From Dendrobates tinctorius (taxonomy: Eukaryota), in the NCBI RefSeq assembly GCF_039654945.1, contig NW_027361875.1, positions 1 through 64,000 of the forward strand: a stretch of DNA of 64,000 nt, read 5' to 3'. Both the position numbers and the translations under genes were made by a program. Below, one piece after another: positions 26,507-39,887 of the stretch (its first letter is position 1; each line of letters opens with the position of its first letter). The notes beneath the pieces are model-generated. The model did not search any database. It was not told the origin of the DNA and saw only the letters and a list, made by a program, of their open reading frames with translations.

Positions 26507-28114
26507 CAGTGGGGAAAAAAAAGTATTTAGTCAGTCAGCAATAGTGCAAGTTCCACCACTTAAAAAGATGAGAGGCGTCTGTAATTTACATCATAGGTAG
26601 ACCTCAACTATGGGAGACAAACTGAGAAAAAAAAATCCAGAAAATCACATTGTCTGTTTTTTTTTTCATTTTATTTGCATATTATGGTGGAAAATAAGTA
26701 TTTGGTCAGAAACAAGCAATCAAGATTTCTGGCTCTCACAGACCTGTAACTTCTTCTTTAAGAGTCTCCTCTTTCCTCCACTCATTACCTGTAGTAATGG
26801 CACCTGTTTAAACTTGTTATCAGTATAAAAAGACACCTGTGCACACCCTCAAACAGTCTGACTCCAAACTCCACTATGGTGAAGACCAAAGAGCTGTCAA
26901 AGGACACCAGAAACAAAATTGTAGGCCTGCACCAGGCTGGGAAGACTGAATCTGCAATAGCCAACCAGCTTGGAGTGAAGAAATCAACTGTGGGAGCAAT
27001 AATTAGAAAATGGAAGACATACAAGACCACTGATAATCTCCCTCGATCTGGTGCTCCACGCAAAATCCCACCCCGTTGGGTCAGAATGATCACAAGAACG
27101 GTGAGCAAAAATCCCAGAACCACGCGGGGGGGACCTAGTGAATGAACTGCAGAGAGCTGGGACCAATGTAACAAGGCCTACCATAAGTAACACACTACGC
27201 CACCATGGACTCAGATCCTGCAGTGCCAGACGTGTCCCACTGCTTAAGCCTGTACATGTCCGGGCCCGTCTGAAGTTTGCTAGAGAGCATTTGGATGATC
27301 CAGAGGAGTTTTGGGAGAATGTCCTATGGTCTGATGAAACCAAACTGGAACTGTTTGGTAGAAACACAACTTGTCGTGTTTGGAGGAAAAAGAATACTGA
27401 GTTGCATCCATCAAACACCATACCTACTGTAAAGCATGGTGGTGGAAACATCATGCTTTGGGGCTGTTTCTCTGCAAAGGGGCCAGGACGACTGATCCGG
27501 GTACATGAAAGAATGAATGGGGCCATGTATCGTGAGATTTTGAGTGCAAACCTCCTTCCATCAGCAAGGGCATTGAAGATGAAACGTGGCTGGGTCTTTC
27601 AACATGACAATGATCCAAAGCACACCGCCAGGGCAACGAAGGAGTGGCTTCGTAAGAAGCATTTCAAGGTCCTGGAGTGGCCTAGCCAGTCTCCAGATCT
27701 CAACCCTATAGAAAACCTTTGGAGGGAGTTGAAAGTCTGTGTTGCCAAGCGAAAAGCCAAAAACATCACTGCTCTAGAGGAGATCTGCATGGAGGAATGG
27801 GCCAACATACCAACAACAGTGTGTGGCAACCTTGTGAAGACTTACAGAAAACGTTTGACCTCTGTCATTGCCAACAAAGGATATATCACAAAGTATTGAG
27901 ATGAAATTTTGTTTCTGACCAAATACTTATTTTCCACCATAATATGCAAATAAAATGAAAAAAAAAACAGACAATGTGATTTTCTGGATTTTTTTTTCTC
28001 AGTTTGTCTCCCATAGTTGAGGTCTACCTATGATGTAAATTACAGACGCCTCTCATCTTTTTAAGTGGTGGAACTTGCACTATTGCTGACTGACTAAATA
28101 CTTTTTTCCCCCAC

Positions 28115-28116
<2 letters not shown>
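26507..28116 (+). mobile_element. Complete young Tc1 DD34E element with about 200-bp TIRs
   Basis: TA-CAGTGGGG...CCCCACTG. The two TIRs are nearly identical apart from homopolymer lengths. Confidence 0.95.
26876..27899 (+). pseudogene. Tc1 transposase (340 aa if one G is removed from the G7 run at 27126-27132)
   Basis: ORFs 26876..27145 and 27138..27899. WSDE, HDND and PIEN motifs, with 34 residues between the second D and E. Confidence 0.9.
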
Positions 28117-28160
<44 letters not shown>

Positions 28161-29077
28161 TCATTTTGCAAATGTTTAGGCACCCCTTATCAAATTACAC
28201 ATTCTGTTTATTTTCGATGTAAGAATAAGAAAACAATTTTATGAAATAATGGATTTTTTGTATACTTCACAGTTGAAAAAATGTTCCACTATAAACTTGA
28301 ATTCAGCAAGTAATAACGAAATCCTAAAGGAACAATATGACGTATTAACCGTACGACATTTTCGGGATAATGTGATTTCTGAAAAACAGTATGTCGATTA
28401 TGTATTGACTGAAAGGATGCAAATAAACAGTAAGGGGAAATCCACATGGGACAGGAAAAATGCACAGCAGATTACAATACCAGGTAAAATCCACAGCAGA
28501 TTACAATACCAGGTAAAATCCACAGCAGATTACAATACTAGGTGTGGTGTAATGACCACTGTATCCGCTAGGGGCGCTGTGTAGATGTCCCAAGAGAGAG
28601 AATGAGTGGCAGAATATGGAAGGACCGTTATGTATCTCAAGGTGGGTGGCCTTGAGATGGAGACTTATGTATGTGTGTAGATCAGCAATGACATTGCTGA
28701 GGTGTTGCTTCAATGTGTCAGGGTGAAGTCTCCAGGTAACTAGAGAGATGGGCAGACCTAGTTACCTACAAACCCACCCAGGGTGTGTGTTTAAAGAACA
28801 CTGTTGTAAAGAGTGTGAGTGGTTGAAGGATCTGTGATGAGGTCAGAGTCATGTAACATAGTAACATAGTAACATAGTTATTAAGGTTGAAGGGAGACTT
28901 TAAGTCCATCTAGTTCAACCCATATCCTATCCTAACTTGCCCTAACATGTTGATCCAGAGGAAGGCAAAAAAAACCCATGTGGCAACAGTAAGCTTCACA
29001 TTGGGGAAAAAAATTCCTTCCCGACTCCACATACGGCAATCAGACTAGCTCCCTGGATCAACGCAATATTAAGGAGA

Positions 29078-31923
29078 CTAGTGTATATACCCTGTAATAT
29101 TATACTTTTCAAGAAAGGCATCCAGTCCCTTCTTAAATTTTAGTAGTGAATCACTCATTACAACATCATATGGCAGAGAGTTCCATAGTCTCACTGCTCT
29201 TACAGTAAAGAATCCGCGTCTGTGAGTATGCTTAAACCTTCTTTCCTCCAGACGTAGAGGATGCCCCCTTGTACCCGTCACAGGTCTAAGAGTAAAAAGA
29301 TCACTAGAAAGGTCTTTGTATTGTCCCCACATATATTTATACATTGTAATAAGATCACCCCTAAGCCTTCGATTCTCCAAACTAAATAACCCCAAGTGTA
29401 ATAACCTGTCTTGGTATTGCAGACCCCCTAGTTCCCTAATAACCTTGGTTGCTCTTCTCTGCACCCGCTCCAGTTCAGCTATGTCTTTCTTATACACCGG
29501 AGACCAGAACTGTACACAGTATTCTAAGTGTGGTCGCACTAGTGACTTATATAGAGGTAAAATTATGTTCTCCTCATGAGCATCTATGCCTCTTTTAATG
29601 CATCCCATTATTTTATTTGCCTTTGCAGCAGCTGCTTGACTCTGGCCACTAAATGTGAGTTTGTCGTCCACCCATACACCCAGGTCTTTTTCAGTGACTG
29701 TTTTGCCCAGTGTTTTACAATTAAGCACATAATTATACAACTTGTTCGTTCTACCCAAGTGCATGACCTTACATTTATCCCCATTAAAGCTCATTTGCCA
29801 TTTATCAGCCCAAGCTTCTAGTTTACATAAATCCTCCTGTAATATAAAATTGTCCTCCTCTGTATTAATTACCCTGCAGAGTTTAGTGTCATCTGCAAAT
29901 ATTGAAATTCTACTCTCTATGCCCCCTACAAGGTCATTAATAAATATGTTAAAAAGAAGCGGGCCCAAAACTGACCCCTGTGGTACCCCACTGCTAACCG
30001 AGACCCAGTCCGAGTGTGCTCCATTAATAACCACCCTTTGTTTCCTATCCCTGAGCCAGCTCTTAACCCACCTACACATATTTTCCCCTATCCCCATTGT
30101 TCTCATTTTATGTATCAACCTTTTGTGTGGCACCGTATCAAAAGCTTTTGAAAAGTCCATGTACACCACGTCCACTGCATTCCCTTGGTCCAGTCCGGAA
30201 CTTACCTCTTCATAAAAGCTTATCAGATTAGTCTGACAGGAACGGTCTCTTGTAAACCCATGTTGATATTGGGTCATAAGGTTATTCTTCTCCAGATACT
30301 CCAGTATAGTATCTCTTAGAAAACCCTCCAGGATTTTACCCACAGTTGAGGTTAAACTTACTGGCCTATAATTTCCAAGTTCAGTTTTTGTCCCCTTTTT
30401 GAATATTGGCACCACATTTGCTATACGCCAGTCCTGTGGTACAGACCCTGTTATTATGGAATCTTTAAAGATTAAAAATAGTGGTCTATCTATGACTGTG
30501 CTTAATTCCTGCAGTACTCGGGGGTGTATCCCATCCGGGCCCGGGGATTTGTCAATTTTAGTGATTTGTAGATGCCGCCGTACTTCCTGCTGGGTTAAGC
30601 AGGTGACATTTAATGGAGAATTTTTATCCCTGATCATGTTATCCGTCATGGGATTTTCTTGTGTCAATACTGTTGAAAAAAAGTCATTTAGCATATTGGC
30701 TTTTTCCTCATCCTCATCCACCATTTCACCCAGACTATTTTTAAGGGGGCCAACACTATCATTTTTTAGCTTCTTACTATTTATGTAGTTAAAGAATATT
30801 TTGGGATTATTTTTACTTTCTCTGGCAATGAGTCTCGCTGTCTCAATCTTTGCTGTCTTGATTTGCTTTTTACAGAATTTATTTAATCTTCTGTATTTAT
30901 TTAATGCCTCATCACTACCTACTTGCTTTAATTCGCTAAATGCTTTATTTTTGTCCCTTATTGCACCCCTTACAACTCTATTTAGCCATAGTGGTTTCCT
31001 CCTATTTCTAGCATATTTATTCCCATACGGTATATACTGTGCACAGGTCCTATTCAGGATGCTAATAAACGTCTCTCATTTTCTTTGTGTATTTTTATGT
31101 CTCAGGATATCATCCCAGTTAATTGCACCAAGATCATCTCTCATCCGTTGGAAATTTACCTTCCTGAAGTTTAGTGTCCTTGTAACCCCTCTACTACACA
31201 TCTTATTAAAGGATACATGAAAACTTATTAATTTGTCATCACTATTACCCAAGTGACCCTCAACCCTTACATTTGATATGCGGTCTGGCCTGTTGGTTAA
31301 CATTAGGTCTAGCAGTGCCCCCCCTCTTGTTGGGTCCTGAACCAGTTGTGAAAGGTAATTGTCTCTCATCGTTGTCAGAAACCTATTACCTTTGCTGGAA
31401 CTGCAGGTTTCGGTTCCCCAATGTATTTCAGGGTAGTTGAAGTCCCCCATAATAATGACTTCTCCTTGAGTCGCTGCTTCATCTATTTGCTTTATGAGGA
31501 TATTCTCTGTAGCTTCCATTATTTTTGGAGATTTATAACAAACCCCTATCAGTAATTTATTATTTCCCCCCCTCCCCTTATCTCTACCCACAGGGACTCT
31601 ACATTTTCATTAGATTCATATATATTATCACGAAGGATGGGTTTTAAGGATGATTTTACATATAAACACACGCCTCCCCCTCGCTTATTTGTACGGTCAT
31701 TTCTGAACAGACTATAGCCCTGTAAATTAACCGCCCAGTCATGGGTCTCGTCCAGCCATGTCTCAGATATCCTCACCATGTCATAATTATGTTCCAACAA
31801 CATTAACTCCAATTCCTCCATTTTGTTGGCGAGACTTCTGGCATTAGTATACATGCACTTTATGTATCTCTCTGTACCTCTATTCTTTCTTAAATTATTA
31901 ACTGTTCTAACCCCACCCCCCAT
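29078..31923 (-). pseudogene. CR1 ORF2 (APE endonuclease plus reverse transcriptase), one frameshift and one nonsense codon
   Basis: CMYTNARSL, SETWL, MGDFNYP, NYRPVSLTS, DFSKAFD, GVPQGSVLGP and FADD motifs. Frameshift near 31570. Stop at 31076-31078, then open to 29078. Confidence 0.92.
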
Positions 31924-32014
31924 GCCACCTCCACCCCCAATGTCATTATTTGTGCCCAGGTCTCTATCTGCACTGTCTTCCCCTCCTATAAAAGGAATAC
32001 CCTCCCCCCCGTCC

Positions 32015-32400
32015 CTAGTTTAAACACTCCTCCAACCTTCTAGCCATTTTCTCCCCCAGCACAGCTGCACCCTCCCCATTGAGGTGCAGCCCGTCCCTAG
32101 CGTAGAACCTGTAGCCAACTGAGAAGTTGGCCCAGTTCTGCAGGAACCCAAACCCCTCCTTCCTACACCAATTCCTGAGCCACTTATTAACCTCCCTAAT
32201 CTCCCGTTGCCTCTCTGGCGTGGCACGTGGTACAGGAAGTATTTCCGAAAATACCACCTTGGAGGTCCTTGCTTTAAGCTTACAGCCTAATTCCCTGAAA
32301 TCATCTTTAAGGACCTTCCACCTACCTCTAACTTTGTCATTTGTGCCGTTGTGCACCATGACCGCTGGATCCTCTCCAGCACCCCCCAGTAATCTGTCAC
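32015..32400 (-). pseudogene. CR1 ORF1 SGNH/esterase domain fragment
   Basis: VHNGTND...YARDGLHLN motifs. Confidence 0.85.
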
Positions 32401-33444
32401 TGTGACCCAGTGGGCGTGGCTATGGACCATATAATGTGGCCAGGGTAGGTCACATGTGGTGAATGCTGGGACCTGGTTGGTCCAGTGTGGAAGGTCCCGC
32501 TGAGAAGGGGATTCCTGCCTGACAGCACGTGTGGATGCTGTGTTTAATGGCTGCAAATACCTAAGAGTTCCCTGGAGGGAATGAATGTCTGCAGTATGGA
32601 GAAGCAGCCATGAGAGAACCCTGAATGGGTGAGATATAACTGTGAGGCTGAAAACCCTGCGTATTGGACATTGCTAACAGAGTGAAGCTCTGTCATGGAT
32701 GCTATGCCGTTTATATATTGCTGGTCATGGTTTATGATGTTTAATAAACCGCATGGACTATACTGGTTTGTGGAAAACCTGTGCCGGATCTGTTTTTTTG
32801 GCTGCCAAGCAAGTGATCCCCTACTTAAATGACAGCGCTACCTCACAATGGTGAAATCCACAGCAGATTACAATACCAGGTAAAATCTACAGCAGATTAC
32901 AGGACAAGGAGAAATCCACAGCAAATTACAATAGAAGGTAAAATCCACAGCAAATTACAGGACAAAAAGAAATCCACAGCAAATTACAATAGAAGGAAAA
33001 ATCCACAGTAGATTACAGCTCCAGGTAAAATCCACCGCAGATTACAATACCAAGTAAAATCCACAGCAAATTACAATACCAGGTGAAATCCACAGCAAAT
33101 TAGAGAAGCGGCTAAAATCCACAGCAGATTACAGTACCAGGTGAAATCCACAGCAAATTAGAGAAGCGGATAAAATCCACAGCAGATTACAGTACCAGGT
33201 GAAATCCACAGCAAATTGCAGTGGCAGGTAAAATCCACAGCAGATTACAATACCAGGTAAAATCCACAGCAAATTACAATACCAGGTGACATCCACAGCA
33301 AATTAGAGTAGCGGCTAAAATCCACAGCAGATTACAGTACTAGGTGAAATCCACAGCAAATTGCAGTAGCAGGTAAAATCCACAGCAGATTACAGTACCA
33401 GGTAAAATCCACAGCAGATTACAATACCAGGTGAAATCCACACC

Positions 33445-35460
33445 ATGAGAAAACAAATCCAGAAAATCATCTTGCCTGATTTGGCAAGATTTATTTTGCA
33501 AATTATGGTGGAAAATAAGTATTTGGTCACCTAAAAACATGCAAGATTTCTGGCTCTCACAGAACTGTAACTTCTTTAAGAGGCTCCTCTGTCCTCCACT
33601 CATTACCTGTAGTAATGGCACCTGTTTGAACTTGTTATCAGTATAAAAGACACCGTCCACAACCTCAAACAGTCACACTCCCAAACTCCACTATGGTGAA
33701 GACCAAAGAACTGTCAAAGGACACCAGAAACAAAATTGTAGCCCTGCACCAGGCTGGGAAGACTGAATCTGCAATAGGCAAGCAGCTTGGTGTGATGAAA
33801 TCAACTGTGGGAGCAATAATAAGAGAATGGAAGACATACAAGACTACTGATAATCTCCCTCGATCTGGGGCACCATGCAAGTTTTCAACCCGTGGGGTCA
33901 AAATGATCACAAAAATGTTGAGCAAAAATCCCAGAACCACACGGGGGGATCTAGTGAATGACCCGCATAGAGCTGAAACCCCCGTAACAAAGGCTACCAT
34001 CAGTAACACACTACGCCGCCAGGGACTCAGATTCTGCAGTGCTAGATGTGTCCCCCTGCTTAAGCGAGTATATGTCCAGGCCCATCTGAAGTCTGCTAGA
34101 GAGTATTTGGATTATCCAGAAGAGTATTGGGAGAATGTCATGGTATGATGAAACCAAAGTAGTAACAAAACTCGTTGTGTTTGGAGGAGACAGAATGCTG
34201 AGTTGCATCCAAAGAACGAACACCATACCTATTGTGAATCATGGGGGTGGCAACATCATGCTTTGGGGCGGTTTCTCTGCAAAGGGACCAGGACGACTAA
34301 TCCGTGTACATGAAAGAATGAATGGGGCGATGTATCGTGAGATTTTGAGTACAAACCTCCTTCCATCAGCTAGGGCATTGAAGATGAAATGTGGATGGGT
34401 CTTTCAGCATGAGAATGATCCCAAGCACACCGCCAGGGCAATGAAGGAGTGGCTTCGTAAGAAGCATATTAAAGGGAATCTGTCACCCCTTTTTTGAGAT
34501 ATCATATAATGATATAATTCAATTGTGTGTTACCTAAGTATTGTAGTCGTATTTTTCCCCCCGCACCTTTGATGCATAAATACCTTTGTTATCACTCTTC
34601 AGATTTATGGAAATTGCCGCGGTCCGATGGGCGTGGCTTATTCTCCCCCCACCTTGACTTGCTTGACGTAATTTCTTCTGTGAATCTAACAGATGGCATT
34701 GTTTATTCGCGCCTGCGCATTCATAAGGCCCCTCGCGCTTGCGCAGTATGCTTTGCCCAAATGTGGGCAAAGCATATAATCGCTACTGCGCATGCGCCGG
34801 TATTTTTCCCTGCATCTATGACCCAGAAGTTTTCATATGCATACGAAGACCTCCGGGTCATAGACGCCAGGAAAAATACCGGCGCATACGCATTAGCGAT
34901 TATATGCTTTGCCCACAGTTGGGCAAAGCATACTGCGCAAGTGCGAGCGGTCTTTTCAATGCGCAGCCGCTGACATACTACGTACGTGAACGCAAGACTT
35001 ACTATAATGAAATACGCAGAGCAAGACAAGGTGGGGGGGAAGAATAAGCCATGCCCATCAGATTGGACCACGGCGATTTCCATAAATCTGAAGAGTGATA
35101 ACAAAGGTATTTATGCATCAAAGGTGTGGGGACAAGGGGGGAAAAATATGACTACAATACTTGGGTAACACAACTGAATGATATCATTATATGATATCTC
35201 AAAAAAGGGGTGACAGATTCCCTTTAAGGTCCTGGATTGGCTTGGCCAGTCTCCAGATCTCAACCCCATAGAAAACCTTTGGAGGGAGCTGAAAGTCCGT
35301 GTTGCCCAGCGACAGGCCCAAAACAGCAATGCTCTAGAGGAGATCTGCATGGAGGAATGGGCCAACATACCAACAGTGTGTGCCATCCTTGTGAAGACTT
35401 ACAGAAAATGTTTTACCTCTGTCATTGCCAAAAAAAAAATATATAATGAAATATTGAGAT
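33445..35460 (+). mobile_element. Older decayed Tc1 copy (same family as 26507-28116) with MITE insertion
   Basis: [16 protein letters not shown], with frameshifts and truncated TIRs. Confidence 0.9.
34473..35223. mobile_element. T2/Kolobok-like MITE, near-perfect 750-bp palindrome
   Basis: TTAA-AGGGAATCTGTCAC...GTGACAGATTCCCT-TTAA. The transposase reading resumes after it. Confidence 0.9.
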
Positions 35461-35910
35461 GAATAGAAAAAATGAGTTCTGTGCTTTAAGTCTTTGCACT
35501 AACATATTTTTGGTTTGTTGTGCACTGACCTATAAAAGTGAATGTGCAAGGGCACATGAGTAATGCTCCATATGGAATCAAAAATGTCCACAAGTCATAT
35601 GGATATCAAACGCAGACATACAGAAGACATTCGGAACATCATACTGATGAAAAATCGTCTGTTTTTTGTTTTTGTTTGTGGGTGAGGGAGAAAAACATGA
35701 TTTTCCATAAGCTTATCTGAACTCTGACTCCCTGAAATAACTGACTAAGGCTCCATATTTCCTGGACATGGAAGGTCCTTAGGACTCATCCACCACTCTT
35801 TGTCATTTGTATCCCCAAGTTAACAGGAGAATTGGGCTCCATTTGTAGGAATCCAGTTTACTGGCTCATTCTTCTATTGTGGCATCTACCAAGGAGAAAT
35901 CATATGTTAA

Positions 35911-36408
35911 AGGGAATTTGTCAGTAAGATCACCCCTCCTAAGCCATCTATATGGGCGTAGGTCATAGGAAGTTGAATAAAATGACACCTTGATATCTGC
36001 TATCCGATATCTCATTCCAGGGAAATCCACATTTTACTTAATATGCAAATTAACTGTTAAGATCTATGGGTCGGACATAGATCTCCCTGAGAATCTGCCT
36101 CCAGAGCTTATTATAAATGAAAGGAAGCGTTACCAGTGTGAGACATGTAATGACTGACAGTCTGCTCTCCTGATCTCACACTGGTAATGCCCCTCTTCAT
36201 TTATAAATAGCTCTGGAGGAAGAATATCAGGGAGATTTATGTCAGGCCCATACATATTAACAGCTTATTTGCATATTAAGGAAAACATAGATTTCTCTGG
36301 AATAAGACATCAGATCTCTGACATCAAGGCATCGCATTATTCCGCTTTCTATGACCTGCATGCCCATATAGACGGCTTAGGATGGCTGGTCCTACTGGCA
36401 GATTCCCT
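35911..36408. mobile_element. T2-like palindromic MITE
   Basis: TTAA-AGGGAATTTGTCAG...CTGGCAGATTCCCT-TTAA, with complementary arms. Confidence 0.85.
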
Positions 36409-37045
36409 TTAAACACTATTTTATGGACAATAATACAAGGTGATGGTGCCAAATATTTAATGTAGAGTTACATAATGATCCCCAGTTTGTTCCAAATAGC
36501 TCAGCGAGCGCACGGATGTCTCATTTGTCGACTTGGCCTCTTTTCCCACTTCTGACAATTTCTGGCATTTTACATTCCGGAGATGAAAATAGAGATAAAC
36601 ATATTCAGAAAATAAGGTTCGGAACGGAGTGTGGGAGTGATGTTGCTCAGCAACCAAAATATGTGAATGAAAAGGACACTGGCATCATTGAAAAACTCTT
36701 GATATACTAGGAAGCAGGATCTGCGAGAGCTGGTAACAGCAATGGTCTGTGTGCTCACTGGTCCCGCTGGGAAACAAGATACTAGTGGCACCGCAAGGTC
36801 CACACACTTCCCTCACAGCCTCAGTGAAGCAGAGCTTATGTGCCGGCTGAACACTGATCCTTCTGTGCCTTGTTTTCAATGAGGAGGAGGAGGAGTGCTA
36901 TGTTGCACATAGAGGATATATCAATAACCTTGAAATATTTGTCAATTTCTGCTATATACAAAGGGGCAATACTCAGAAACCCTGGATCTGCAACTTGAGA
37001 TTCTGATTTTGCTCTTGCCCTATGTCACATTTCAAGGCTCGTTAA

Positions 37046-37229
37046 AGGGTCCATAGTGACTTACAGGATCGCTGCTTCCAGCAGGTGGCGCTATAGAGTT
37101 CAAATGCTCTTCCTCTCTGAAGAGGCAATTTGCATATTACATTTCCTAGAGGAGCGCATTGCATGGCCTGTAAGTCTCCTTACATTGGCATGCCAGTATG
37201 TCACTCTCCACAAGGAGACATGTCACCTC
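37046..37229. mobile_element. Short TTAA-flanked MITE
   Basis: TTAA at 37042 and 37230; AGGG start; degenerate right end. Confidence 0.5.
37078..37091 (+). promoter_or_regulatory. CTCF consensus motif
   Basis: CCAGCAGGTGGCGC matches the CTCF core CCASYAGRKGGCRS. Binding is unproven. Confidence 0.5.
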
Positions 37230-37599
37230 TTAAACCTAAATCCTAAGAGTAAGGTCAGATGGCACAATGGAGAGATAGTTGATGCGTTAAAAAAAAACAC
37301 TTTTGGCTGACTACATGTAGTTTTATAATGAACAAAAATTCTTTGACAGTGCATTATTTGGTCTTTATGTTTAGCAGGGTCATTTACACTGGTGGGCCTA
37401 AATCATTCACTAAGCGCCTGCCTTTCAGCTGTGCTCATATGCAGCTGCTGCAACCCTTCCATTAGTCTCAAGTGCAACACCTGCAGAACATGGGGCCATT
37501 CCGATTGACCGCACAGTGTTGCAGGTGAAACAACCGTTTCTGAGAAAGATTTTAAAAAAAAAAAAATGCTTCAAGACCCTGCTAACAAATCTGCAACGG

Positions 37600-37812
37600 T
37601 GTCTGCCATTATTACCTCCTGTGGTCGGCATTCCACAGTCTGACAGCTCTAACTGTAAAGAACCCTTTCCTATTAAGCAGCTGGAATCATCTTTCCTACA
37701 CAGGTAATGGGTGCTCCCTGGTCCTTTGTAAGGTCTTTGGAAAAAAATAAGTCATGTGTCAGTCCTTTGTATTGACCACAAATGTATTTATACACATAAA
37801 TGGTGTCTCCTC
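37600..37812 (-). mobile_element. Old CR1 3' fragment
   Basis: TTCCACAGTCTGACAGCTCTAACTGTAAAGAA resembles 29181-29212 (FFTVRAVRLWN). Confidence 0.65.
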
Positions 37813-38602
37813 TGCCGGTCAACATTCATTAAACGACTTTGTCACTAGCTAGTTGCTACAAATATTTGCCATTCTTCACAAAATGTTAATTAGGGGGGCA
37901 TTCTTCGGGGCTATTTAGGAAGGACCAAATGAGGTTAATTTTACGCAAACTGAAGATATTGGATGAGGGGTCGGTCAAGTCCTAGAGTTTTTGCCCTAGC
38001 TGCCCGGTACTGAAGCTTGGCTGCAGTAGTGACCCAAAAAATGTCAATGCAATCGAGATGTCTGAAGCCAGCTTTATTGTAATCCCAATTTGCCATAAAC
38101 TGCAGGAGAATATTATTCACTTTATTTCCCATGAAAAGTCAAGTTAACTGAAATTGTGTGCACACAGGCATACCGCAACCTGCCCTCTGTGCCCTCGCTG
38201 CTAACAGCATTACCTGTCTTGTGCGCTCAGATGAGTAACTTAGGATATGTTCAGACACTGCATTAGCTGCCCAGTGGACTGGAGATTGGGAAAGATCTAT
38301 TCTGAACTTAACATTTCTGCCTGAGGAGTTTTCCTCTGTAAGTTTGACCTTTCTAAAAGTGTCAGCAATGGGATCACTAAAATCCACAACTAATGTTCAT
38401 TCCAACTAAATGACATTGCAATTATTCTGCTCATAAATCTCATTAGAAGACTATTATTCCGCTGACTCACGTTGGTCGTTTTGATGCCATAATACCCTTT
38501 TCCCCATTTTTAATTTATAGCATTAGATTGTAGTGGTACAGTATGTATCCCATTCTGTAGCCACAGACACGGCCAAGACAATCAACACTACCTCACCTTT
38601 AA

Positions 38603-38960
38603 AGGGAATCTGTCAACAGCATTAAGTAGAGGCAGAGACCCTGATTCCAGCAATGTGTCACTCACTGGGCTGATTGCTGTAGTTTTGATAATCTCTTGCT
38701 GATAAAACAGTGATTTTATCACTAGAGAACTAGTAAACCTGCTGCCATGTAGTCCTCCATATTTATAAGTTCTATTTAACCCCGCCCCCACCGATTGGCT
38801 ACTTTCTGGCTTTGCACAGAGTACACAATAAGCTGACAATTAATAGTGTGGTTGGGGTTATACAGAGATCAGCATTCAGAGATCTAACAGGGATTTGATC
38901 ACAACTGCAGCAAGCAGCCCAGTATGTGACACATCACTGGAATCAGTGTCTTTGTCCCGA
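38603..38960. mobile_element. Truncated T2-like MITE (family of 40673-41105)
   Basis: Starts TTAA-AGGGAATCTGTCA; internal similarity to the 40673 element. Confidence 0.6.
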
Positions 38961-39249
38961 TTGAGCACATCAAGGCCATATGATCTACTGCTTTTTATTA
39001 AAAAAGCAGTTAATCATACTGCTCCTGTTATTCAGCCCTCGTACCATGATCAATAGCTCCCCTGAATGAGTGTGATTTCTCCACAATCCCCACATACAGT
39101 CCCCCACAATTTCCACACAGTTTGTTGGATTTCACAGCCCCCTCCACACAAACACACATGAAGTTGGGATTGTCAAGTTGTTCTCGTTTGTGGGAGACAA
39201 GACCATCCTGAAGACCAATACCACTCCCCATAACTTAACCCCATACGCC

Positions 39250-39887
39250 GCTTAATAACACCAGAGACCAAGAGTTTCTTTTGGAATATGTATGGCCACA
39301 GCAGCCTTTTATTAAATTAACAAACAACAATAAATAATGTAATGTAGCAATACTTGAACACTGGGGAGGAGTCCTTGAAGCCACAAAGATCTAGGTGAAT
39401 TAAACTGTTGTGGACGAAACCAACATATTACTCCCAGCCGTTACCCCACAGGCTCGGGAGCACCACCACACCGAGGTATATTGTCCACTAATCAACTAGG
39501 GGATCCGCCCACTTTACGGAAACTCCCCATCCAATTTTCACCAGATCACCACCACCAAATCAATGAACATAGGAGACCCAATACCATGAGTCTCCAAAAA
39601 CAATTTAAAAACGACTCCAAGGACTCCCCCCTTTCGAACCGCCATGACCCGAGTAATCCTGACCTTGCCAAACGCCAACCTAGAAAAAAGAGGGAGGGAG
39701 GGCGGGACAACTGCTTATTGTAGCAGAGCGGGAACTGTGAGGAGGGAGGCCCCACTACACACCCATATATAGTGGCAACACCCCCTCAACTAACCCACTC
39801 CCCCCACCTTCACCCCTCCAAACCCCCCGTCATGCTGGCCTCCGCCTAACGCCTTTCCTGGGGGAGGGGAGGCTCGGCTCCAGCCAC
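39250..39887 (-). mobile_element. Unclassified interspersed repeat, possibly a tyrosine-recombinase retroelement (Ngaro-like) terminal-repeat remnant
   Basis: On the minus strand: GC-rich start, TATA-like tract near 39770 and AATAAA near 39310. No coding evidence. Confidence 0.3.

Larger units (their letters stand above)
28853..32400 (-). mobile_element. CR1 LINE, 5'-truncated, young
   Basis: 3' octamer tail (TAACATAG)n, a nearly complete ORF2, and the C-terminal part of an esterase-type ORF1. Confidence 0.95.
28543..32847 (+). mobile_element. Probable solo LTR split by the CR1 insertion (28543-28852 and about 32401-32847)
   Basis: TGTG...CACA ends interrupt the minisatellite; AATAAA at about 32743. 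The target duplication is degenerate. Confidence 0.6.
28430..33440. repeat. 30-bp minisatellite (AAATCCACAGCAGATTACAATACCAGGTA) split into 28430-28542 and 32850-33440 by nested insertions
   Basis: The same unit occurs on both sides of the LTR/CR1 insertion. Confidence 0.85.

Noticed and set aside
28565-28577. CTCF-like CCGCTAGGGGCGC in the solo LTR
   Set aside because: One G short of the consensus spacing.
29316-31220. Plus-strand ORFs opposite CR1 ORF2
   Set aside because: Antisense shadows of the RT coding sequence.
32850-33440. Regular repeats resembling a CRISPR array
   Set aside because: Head-to-tail units without unique spacers, no cas genes, and a eukaryotic context.
36560-36900. 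Possible host exon
   Set aside because: No consistent open frame with splice sites, and no recognisable peptide.
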